DNA of 64,000 nucleotides from an uncultured virus (IMG/VR IMGVR_UViG_3300022178_000001) (Duplodnaviria; Heunggongvirae; Uroviricota; Caudoviricetes): IMG/VR virus record IMGVR_UViG_3300022178_000001; one strand, 5' to 3'. Shown piece by piece: positions 57,501 to 64,000 of this stretch (position 1 is its first letter; each line of letters starts with the position of its first letter). The notes under the pieces were generated by a model. It saw only the letters and a program-made list of their open reading frames with translations, ran no database searches and was not told where the DNA came from. The position numbers and the translations under genes were made by a program.

Positions 57501-58942
57501 GCTTTGCTTACAAAAACTGCCGCCCAGGCCGCGGCAACTCTAATCCTCGTCATTGCAGCTTTCCACTGAACTTCGATGTATTTAAAAGTTAGCGACATTG
57601 TCTTACCCGTCTGTACCCATCTACCACTAACTTGTCCTGCGGCTACATTATTTGCAATTTTAATATCTTCAAGCATCAGGTGAAAGGCCATACGCTCTTC
57701 TTCGGTCATACGCTTAAATATTTGCTTATGCTTAGTTGCAGCAATTTGCATATCATTAACCATTTGATTGGTTATGTCTTTAGAATCTTTGCTTAAAGCC
57801 TTAAAGGGATTATTTTTCCCTCTTATGCTAATATTCTTTGAGCCTAGAGCTCCTCTTGCATCGCCTGCTGCAAGATTTTTATACTCTCCTGCCTCATCTC
57901 TATTTAATAGTTTAGCAGTTTTTGCCGCTTTTGAATACTGCTCAAGTTCCAGCTTTGCAGATCTAAAAGATTCTTTGGAGGCAGTTGCTAGATCTTTTGT
58001 CCTTTCAGTTAGATTTTGCAGACCAGGAATAGCAGCCTTTAAAGGGCCTGCTATCAATAAGGCAAGAGCGGCCCCTGCAAGTTTAGGACTTTTAATAAGT
58101 ACGTCTGCAAAAGGCCCCGCTACGGCTGCAGCAAATCCCTTTACGGTAATTAAAATATCATCAAAAGCTTTTCCGAGTTTATTGAAGTTATTCGGAGCTA
58201 CTTGTGTGATTTCTAATATTCTACCGAACTTATCCTCAGCCTGAGTTAACACTTCGTTTGTTACAGCTTGAGATCTTTGAAAACTATTCAACTCTCCACT
58301 AGTAATATTCATCTGCTTTTTATAGTTATCGAATGCAGTCTCAAGCCTAAGAATAATACCAAGTTCATCTAAGAGTTCTGGCTCGGCTTTAGTTACACCG
58401 CGAACTAAGCGGTTAAAAGAATCTGTGACGTCTCTTCCAAGAATAATAGAAGTAGACTTTGCTGCGGCACCTAAACGAGTTAATTGGTCTGCACTTAGTC
58501 CTGCAGCAACCCCTATTGCAGAGGCGCTTGAAGCATCCTGAAAGGAAATCTGAGCATCTGTAGCAGCAATGATATCGTTAGTAAGAGTTCTCATTGCTAT
58601 ACCAGTTGAAGCGGCATAGGCAGTTTGACCAGCCTGGAGAGTTTGTAGATTACCTGCATCTTTTAAAAATTGGAATGCAGCAGATATAGCAAATAATTGA
58701 GCAGCTAAAGTAGCATAGGCAGGCACAAGACCCCCCGAGATCCCCTGTGCCATTTTAGAAAAGTTTTTAGTGCTATTAGAAGAAGCTTGTGCTGCACCTT
58801 TTAGTCTACGATCAACCGTACCTACTTGCACACCCGCAGCTTGTGCAGCATCTGCAAGTTGTTTCTGACTAAGTGCTACTTTTTTAGTAGTACCTTTGTC
58901 GTCAATAACAACGTCAATATATATCTTATTTCGTTTAGCCAT
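54521..58942 (-). CDS. Tail tape measure protein
   Basis: 1473 aa, helical Ala-rich; T5-like GVTKAEPELLDELGI; C-terminal ANGGIV.KPT..GE...EAVIP. Confidence 0.93.
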   Translation of the reverse strand: MAKRNKIYIDVVIDDKGTTKKVALSQKQLADAAQAAGVQVGTVDRRLKGAAQASSNSTKNFSKMAQGISGGLVPAYATLAAQLFAISAAFQFLKDAGNLQTLQAGQTAYAASTGIAMRTLTNDIIAATDAQISFQDASSASAIGVAAGLSADQLTRLGAAAKSTSIILGRDVTDSFNRLVRGVTKAEPELLDELGIILRLETAFDNYKKQMNITSGELNSFQRSQAVTNEVLTQAEDKFGRILEITQVAPNNFNKLGKAFDDILITVKGFAAAVAGPFADVLIKSPKLAGAALALLIAGPLKAAIPGLQNLTERTKDLATASKESFRSAKLELEQYSKAAKTAKLLNRDEAGEYKNLAAGDARGALGSKNISIRGKNNPFKALSKDSKDITNQMVNDMQIAATKHKQIFKRMTEEERMAFHLMLEDIKIANNVAAGQVSGRWVQTGKTMSLTFKYIEVQWKAAMTRIRVAAAWAAVFVSKAFSVLGWVGIIYTLYEVAKSFFTVQEATEKVSGELELQRKKLASLVGDYKDFAAVQKILSEEGGDLLNTYQSFGQFIGSTGKNEFETYGAAVTSSVAKFAEELPKAKKELEDIQATIAKGVGFKDFSLALIPGVVGVSLLSKKLYTLGKAYYDQSDATKRAGESLDEYVERTGDKGLADYLKLLQMQKEAWAGQTDSIITASAAGNTYMQFVDQLLKGTFNPADAEAMENARVRFVEVGRAAGQARKLLDDSNDKFTTLQNKLAPTTEADAFLATIKETQEALETIERDNKAGYDELVKQTTELERQKGIIENIVTRESAAAVAAAQRQTTYTQNLVNASAFEKSILDINFKKANLQDKITEKQDENNDLLALANKKFEDLTISQREAYTIRLAETKELQAQLALEDIKEDKIRQQNRLRLLGVDYNLQQLIAQEEFLTLTKDMSQAQQGIANIEEQRRKNTDEILNKEAILNKIRVDEKGLLRQLSEEEQESVDILIAEIAIIRAKNLQLENTGAILTRNNKLQRISHRQAVEEILLSTRSKKIQAGLTDGQQRRVDVLLQQEKLQMSIRNYESEIRELSTAIKANNTNSLDTDRESLEIARLKKQESEAELGIILQTQEAFEQYRQAIAQGFESGLQQAINDLIIGAESSFKDSLLGLIDGILKSLAKKVSETITDNIIDAIARTTIGSKIFKGMTLTDDIAKGHKKGAEVAKKKIEDAGVSVADRLDNSFRNGGITLAEAISAACQACKKDEVPGGGEGTPEEKLRSLFEKSNGGNGGNPKDEGSIVRNTKKYTKREKFEQNSSDAMNDFATTVSNMVNKIVGAVKSFGSMLFKFVSSIGSIFQKFISILVSAVSQVGSAGGSALSSVISAGMSLFTGGSPVPMANGGIVSKPTYALIGEGRYSEAVIPMPNGKSVPVDLGNSRAGSNQNNNVTVNVNMGDGDSKGQSSSSSNASGQDSATLGNAIAKAVQEELQNQKRSGGILNPYGVA

Positions 58943-59381
58943 TATCCGGTTACATTATGGGCGAAATTCTTACCACCGCCTCCTGCCGCTTGACTTTTTC
59001 GTTCTTCGGCTTTTCGTTTTCTTTCAGCTTTTTCAGCTGTATACCGCACTTTTATATTTTCATATACCTTACAAAAGTATACTATCTCTTTACGCTCGTC
59101 TACTACATCGTAAGTGTCAAGCAAGAAATTAACCGAGGACCATTCTTTACCTAAATAAGATCCTGACATTCCGTCCCATCTATCAGATAATAGATTATAT
59201 ATATACAGAGCCGATTGTACCTCTACAGGAAATTCACTTATCTCTATAGGTAACTTATCTGGATCGGGTTCTTGCCCTAGCTGTTCACAAACAGCATAAT
59301 ATTTATCTATATCTATTACACTATCTGCTTCTCTCGTATATCTTTCAAGTAACGAGACTATTCTTGTTACTTGTTCTGAGT
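58942..59381 (-). CDS. Tail assembly chaperone, second (gpT-like) frame reached by -1 frameshift
   Basis: Frame open from the slippery site through CEQLGQEPDP...DRWDGMSGSYLGKEW. Confidence 0.75.
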
Positions 59382-59798
59382 AAAATTTTCCAAATCACCC
59401 ACTGTTTCAGTAACCCAAGTATCAAATGTTCCGGAATTCTTCATTAATAATTCTGCGTTTTCTTGAGTAAAGTCTAAGTCCGCGTTAGGATCTTGCTGAC
59501 TGATATCTACTAGTAGTAATTCTTCTAAATATGAGTACTTAAATCCTTTCCAGTTTTTAATTACAGCTTTAACATACTCATGTAGAAACCTATCATCATC
59601 TAGGATTTCTTCTGGTTGTCGGGTTCTTTTATCGAATTTTGTAGTTAAACATTTTTTCCTAAGCTTTAATAGCTCTTCTCGGGCTAAATAGCATAAGTCT
59701 ACTGTCATTCCTGGACACCCAGGAAATTCAATAGATACGGTCTTACTAGGGGTCATTAAACTAGCAAGAGAAATTGGCGCTTTAACATTATCTGTCAT
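59367..59798 (-). CDS. Tail assembly chaperone (gpG-like)
   Basis: Between tail tube and tape measure; IKNWKG; ends DLENF. Confidence 0.85.
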   Translation of the reverse strand: MTDNVKAPISLASLMTPSKTVSIEFPGCPGMTVDLCYLAREELLKLRKKCLTTKFDKRTRQPEEILDDDRFLHEYVKAVIKNWKGFKYSYLEELLLVDISQQDPNADLDFTQENAELLMKNSGTFDTWVTETVGDLENFTQNK

Positions 59799-59848
59799 TA
59801 AATAGTTCCTTGTATAAGTAGAAAGTAAATTGATTTTTCTTATCACAT

Positions 59849-59877
59849 AGTATAAAGTATACCAGGAGAAAAGTCAA
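59849..59877 (-). promoter_or_regulatory. sigma70 promoter for chaperone/tape-measure/tip genes
   Basis: TTGACT-17-TATACT on minus strand. Confidence 0.75.
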
Positions 59878-59904
59878 GAAAAATTTTTGGAGGGTGAAGT
59901 AAAT

Positions 59905-59927
59905 AAAAGGGGCTGAACGCCCCTTTT
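59905..59927 (-). terminator. Terminator after major tail gene
   Basis: AAAAGGGGC-TGAAC-GCCCCTTTT. Confidence 0.8.
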
Positions 59928-59955
59928 ACTTACTTATTTTATAAAGTATTAACTA

Positions 59956-61113
59956 TTACTCCCCAAGGTATGTAATAGTAATTTCATCTGCTGAGTCTAA
60001 GCTACTAGGTAACGCATGGAACGTAGTTTCTACTGAAATAACATCCTCAATACTATGCGCGGGCACTTCTAAGTGACACCTAGGCATGCCTATAGTGCAT
60101 GAAGGAGCTCCTGCCCCACCGATGCCAAAAGTAACACTCATTTGATTAGTAACCACAGTATCTGCTGCAAGAATGTCTTGGAACAGCTGAGCACTAGAAT
60201 CTCCTTCTGCATCTAAGTAACAAGTAAAGCTACCAGAAATAGCTCTAGATCCTGTAATATGACCCAGAGGTTGATTAATAGAGCATAAAGTTTCCGGAGT
60301 TAAAAATGTTAAGTTATTTTCAATCGTTAAACTACCGCCTGTAAGAACTAAACTATAAGTTGTATTCCCGCCGCCTAGGTCACCGACTACAGCCAAACTA
60401 GTTAGTCGATTTCTAATGAAGTTTCCACTATTATCAATACCCGTAGTAATAAGATTATTAGAGCCTCCTCCAGTAACGTCTGGCCATCCGCCCGAGCCCT
60501 CTGCTACATCTGTTTTATCTTCTACTAGAGAACCGAAGCCTGCCCAGGTAATTTGAGCAATACCTTCAATATCAAAATCGATAGAGGCAGAGTTAGTAAC
60601 GGCATTACTAATTTTATATACCGTTTGACCTGAAGCCTCCGAAAAAGAAGCAGATGCTGGATCAGTGCCGCATGCTCCAAGAACCATCCATAAAGTAAAA
60701 GTACCTAAAGTGGTTTTGTTAGAGCTCGTGAAGTCAAATACAGTAGTGTTTGCTGTAGCTTTAGAAACTCCCTCTGTAAAAGCACCCGTAGTATCAGTGT
60801 ACGCTTGGTTGCCAGAAATCATGTTAGCCCAAAGAGCTTCTTCGATTGCTCCTAAACCGCCAGCGCCATCTGCTCCACCGTTAGGTCGAATATACGTAGT
60901 AAAGCTCCATTCTGCAGGGGCATAAGAGTCAGTAAACATTTGTCTAGCGCGTCTTGAGATACCCGCAGCATTGGCCGCCTCGTTTAGTGTAATTTCAGAT
61001 GCGTTAGTTGCTTGAGAGAAAGAAAATCCATCAAGGATTGGTAACTCCCAAACGTCATTGCCCATCTGTAAGTATGCTTTAGTATTTCTACTAAATTGTA
61101 ATACTGATGCCAT
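59956..61113 (-). CDS. Major tail tube protein (T5 pb6-like)
   Basis: PILDGFSFSQ..EITLNEA; EWSF.TYIRP; synteny and downstream terminator. Confidence 0.9.
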   Translation of the reverse strand: MASVLQFSRNTKAYLQMGNDVWELPILDGFSFSQATNASEITLNEAANAAGISRRARQMFTDSYAPAEWSFTTYIRPNGGADGAGGLGAIEEALWANMISGNQAYTDTTGAFTEGVSKATANTTVFDFTSSNKTTLGTFTLWMVLGACGTDPASASFSEASGQTVYKISNAVTNSASIDFDIEGIAQITWAGFGSLVEDKTDVAEGSGGWPDVTGGGSNNLITTGIDNSGNFIRNRLTSLAVVGDLGGGNTTYSLVLTGGSLTIENNLTFLTPETLCSINQPLGHITGSRAISGSFTCYLDAEGDSSAQLFQDILAADTVVTNQMSVTFGIGGAGAPSCTIGMPRCHLEVPAHSIEDVISVETTFHALPSSLDSADEITITYLGE

Positions 61114-61177
61114 AGTTGTAATCTCCTATGAAACTTGAAAAGGCTTGAACTTGAATATTTATTCGTGTCAGCATTTT

Positions 61178-61633
61178 CTAATAACGAACCTCAATGAGCA
61201 GTTCTCCAACTCCGTAAGGCTCTAATACTCCTTCATCAGTATCTATACTGATGACTGAGATTTGATGAGTATATTGTATAGACCCCAGTTTATCGAGGTA
61301 TTCTAATCTAGAGTTAGTTTCTATAACTGTCTCTACGTCTTCGAGAAGTTTATCTAATGCAGATACAGCATCTTCTTCTCTAACATAGCATCGTACAATA
61401 ACAGCTAAGTACCTATCTCTATATCCTCCACCTTGATACTCTCGTCGTTCAGATCCTGCATTTAAATGAATAGCGGGGAAGTCTTCAACTTCGTCCCAAA
61501 ATTTCAATCTAGGACTAACATTATTATATACGTTAGTATAAAACTCTCCTGTACCATCTATAGTTTTAAGTGCAATCACTAATGCTTCTACAATAGACTG
61601 TCTTCTCGTTGCGTATTGGCGTGGGTATGCCAT
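61178..61633 (-). CDS. Tail terminator protein
   Basis: T5-like synteny; I.TDEG.L.PYG. Confidence 0.8.
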   Translation of the reverse strand: MAYPRQYATRRQSIVEALVIALKTIDGTGEFYTNVYNNVSPRLKFWDEVEDFPAIHLNAGSERREYQGGGYRDRYLAVIVRCYVREEDAVSALDKLLEDVETVIETNSRLEYLDKLGSIQYTHQISVISIDTDEGVLEPYGVGELLIEVRY

Positions 61634-62877
61634 TATACCCTCCTAGTGTAAAATCTGCCTATGGCAAATTGTGCCGCAATCTCTCTAATTGAAAGATCAA
61701 TAATCTTTCGCGGATCTCTATCGGGGTCCTGTTCAAAAACTTCGTAAGGATTTCTTCTGTAGCTATATCCTATACTGGGGAAGCCTTTTGCAGTTTGTGT
61801 AATATCTGTTACATTAACACTACTGGCGAATCTACCCGAAACGTAGTTTAGTCTAGGGGACCCCATATTATTTGCAACTACTTTTGGAAGTTGCTGATTT
61901 AAAATACCTAACATCTCCAAAGGACTACTAGAGACTCCTTTTGTTCTGCCAGCGACGGGAGCCTTCGCTTTAGACTTTTTAACTCTTTTAATTTTAGTTC
62001 TTCCGCCTGTCATTTGTTTAACGGAAGATTTTGCTTTAGTTCTCACCCTGCCTTTTATTTTCTTTTTAGGGTCAATCATAGCTAAACTCTGTTCTGTGAG
62101 TTCTTCGATAATACTAGGAGAACCTTTCAGATTTGCTATATTCTCAAAGCCTGGGCTAGACGTAAGATCAAAAGAAGCGTCTGTAACTACTTTTCTAAAT
62201 AAATCCCCTACCATACCGGCTAGTCTACCTTTAAATTGGTTTATATCTTTTGGCTCAAACTCTAGCTCTAAAGTGCCTTTAATACCTGTTAGTAAATGTA
62301 CGTCTTTAGTGTATTGTGATTTTACATTATACCCTGAGTTAATAGAGTTCTCTAATTTATCAAGTATAGTATCCCACGCATCCTCACCTTTTTCTGTTAA
62401 ACTATCAATTTCTTTTGCTACAAAATATAGAGCTTTTACAGAGTCCCTTCTTGGGTCACCCTTATCCATAGCGCTTAATGTAGCAGATAAAGAAGCTCTA
62501 AGAACACTTATATTTTTATGCCCCAACTCCTGACCTTCCGCTATTTCAGGAAATAATTTTTTTAAAGTATATGCTTGTTGTTTAAAATTAGCTCTACCAA
62601 ATTCTGAGTGAGACCTATTGTTAACAGAGGCTGCCGTTCTAAGGGCGCTTCTAGGTTGGAACGTTTGACCTTCAAATTTAAAAGTATTAGCACCCGCCTT
62701 ATGCGCTTTATTAGCCGCAAGTGTAAATTCTTTAAATCTCTTTACATATTCTTCTTGTAATTCGAATTTTTGTCTTATTAGCTTATTTTGGTCAATAGCT
62801 CTTCGCCAGTATTTAGCTCTAATATAGCGACCCCCTATCATTTGGGCAACTAGCTGATTTAAAGTTTGCGTAGCCAT
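61633..62877 (-). CDS. Tail completion/neck protein
   Basis: C-terminal L...SGRFA.S....YEVFE...RDPR.II..SIR; basic; synteny. Confidence 0.7.
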   Translation of the reverse strand: MATQTLNQLVAQMIGGRYIRAKYWRRAIDQNKLIRQKFELQEEYVKRFKEFTLAANKAHKAGANTFKFEGQTFQPRSALRTAASVNNRSHSEFGRANFKQQAYTLKKLFPEIAEGQELGHKNISVLRASLSATLSAMDKGDPRRDSVKALYFVAKEIDSLTEKGEDAWDTILDKLENSINSGYNVKSQYTKDVHLLTGIKGTLELEFEPKDINQFKGRLAGMVGDLFRKVVTDASFDLTSSPGFENIANLKGSPSIIEELTEQSLAMIDPKKKIKGRVRTKAKSSVKQMTGGRTKIKRVKKSKAKAPVAGRTKGVSSSPLEMLGILNQQLPKVVANNMGSPRLNYVSGRFASSVNVTDITQTAKGFPSIGYSYRRNPYEVFEQDPDRDPRKIIDLSIREIAAQFAIGRFYTRRV

Positions 62878-63455
62878 TAAAAATTCTTATATAGGTCTAA
62901 GACTCTTTTTATATGATCTGGAAATGCTGGGTTGTTTGCATTCCCCCCAGAGCGAGCATTTTCAATACTAGCCCCTTGCAATGTTTGTCGTTGCTTATGT
63001 TCATCTTTCAAGTAGTATGTAACTAAATCTGCTACTGCTAATAGTAAATCAGCAGGAGTAGCTGCATATCCAGCACTATAAGTGACTAGTACGGATCCTG
63101 GACCTTGGGGCCAGTATTGGTACTTTGTAGGAATACGTATAACACTATCTGTTTTAGTATCTAAATAATATTCGTTAGAGTCTAAAATAGAGTAATTTTC
63201 TGTAGGACGCCTCCTTTCTTGAATTTCAACTATTGTGTTAACAGGACTTTCAGTAAGTTGAAGAAAAGTAGAATCCCATGTTAAAGAAAAGTCTTCTACT
63301 TTGTTCACTGTAAAATAGTCAAGAATAGAGTTACCACAGTAAGTTTTTACTAATTGACTCACAGAAGGAATGAAAATTTCCAGCTTTACATCTTCTTTCG
63401 TTGATGATATGCCTTCAATTTCTTTATATTTATCTATAGTAATTAAATCAGTCAT
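62877..63455 (-). CDS. Head-tail connector/head completion protein
   Basis: V.VTY.AGY...PADL...; FPDHIKRVLDLY. Confidence 0.85.
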   Translation of the reverse strand: MTDLITIDKYKEIEGISSTKEDVKLEIFIPSVSQLVKTYCGNSILDYFTVNKVEDFSLTWDSTFLQLTESPVNTIVEIQERRRPTENYSILDSNEYYLDTKTDSVIRIPTKYQYWPQGPGSVLVTYSAGYAATPADLLLAVADLVTYYLKDEHKQRQTLQGASIENARSGGNANNPAFPDHIKRVLDLYKNF

Positions 63456-63474
63456 AATATATAGTCAATTAGTA

Positions 63475-63513
63475 AAAACTTGGGGGGACAATAGTTGTCC
63501 CCCGAAGTAAAAA
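63475..63513 (-). terminator. Terminator after major capsid gene
   Basis: GGGGGACAA-TAG-TTGTCCCCC stem with flanking A-tracts. Confidence 0.8.
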
Positions 63514-63526
63514 GTTAATTTTAGTT

Positions 63527-64000
63527 TTAAGATGCAGCGTTAAAAATTGCTTTAGTAACAGCAGCTTTACCACCAGTTGAGGCAAACAACTCATCAAAGC
63601 CCAAGTGTTGCGTAGCAACAAGCACTCGACGCTGTGCAGAGACTTCATAGTCTTGCTCAACAGTGATTCCACGAAGACGTGGAATAATGAAGTTAGAGGT
63701 GTTAACACAAAGTGCACCACCAAAAGTATCTTCAACATCAGCGCCCATGTTGTCAGAAAGTACAACAGGAGAACCATACACACGACCAACTTGACCAGTC
63801 AAACGCACAGCCAAATCAGAACCGACTTCATCAACAGTTTGGAAGTCAGGATCTTCTAAGAGGTCATAGTATTTATCTTGAGAAACAATATAAACTACAT
63901 CTTGAGGGTTTAAGCCATAAACACCCATATTTCGACGGCACTTAACAAGCACATCAGCGCTGAAAGTAAGGTTAGCAGCAACTTGTGCACCCCAGCTCGC
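63527..64000 (-). CDS. Major capsid protein, HK97-fold (3' part, partial)
   Basis: GQVGRVYGSPVV, RGITVEQDY...QRRVLVATQ; T5 synteny. Confidence 0.88.
   Translation of the reverse strand, partial: ASWGAQVAANLTFSADVLVKCRRNMGVYGLNPQDVVYIVSQDKYYDLLEDPDFQTVDEVGSDLAVRLTGQVGRVYGSPVVLSDNMGADVEDTFGGALCVNTSNFIIPRLRGITVEQDYEVSAQRRVLVATQHLGFDELFASTGGKAAVTKAIFNAAS

Noticed and set aside
55002..58244. Long plus-strand ORFs (e.g. 55002..55610, 56562..56951, 57768..58244)
   Set aside because: Antisense shadows of the tape measure gene with Ser/Ala/Phe-biased composition and no RBS; likewise 42414..42902 and 47578..48048
1..64000. Stop-codon reassignment
   Set aside because: Conserved genes are intact under the standard code, and TAA, TAG and TGA all end genes at expected positions

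Overview
A 64-kb segment of an AT-rich, apparently lytic dsDNA siphovirus of the T5-like (Demerecviridae-related) lineage, probably from an aquatic bacterium. A sigma70/Shine-Dalgarno-using host is inferred from the promoters and RBSs. From left to right: (1) small early hypothetical genes and an ORF-free, highly self-complementary 440-850 interval bounded by its own promoter and terminator; (2) a tRNA with a CAT anticodon; (3) a ~8.7-kb minus-strand block of large, partly paralogous structural-looking proteins outside the normal morphogenesis operon; (4) accessory genes (MazG-like, ribosomal protein bS21, SleB hydrolase, Hsp20); (5) a holin/lysozyme cassette followed by a BFD-like ferredoxin, a Zn-ribbon protein and a DUF2589 pair; (6) DenV-like, ThyX and DUF5664 genes; (7) the T5-syntenic replication block (D2, D3, PC4, split NAD ligase, D5, helicase, primase, PolA, PhoH, D10-D15) and nrdAB; (8) the convergent minus-strand morphogenesis operon (fibre, lambda J/I/K/L-like tip, three gpM-like paralogs, tape measure, frameshifted chaperones, tail tube, neck, 3' end of major capsid). 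All family assignments come from recognised motifs and synteny; no database search was run.
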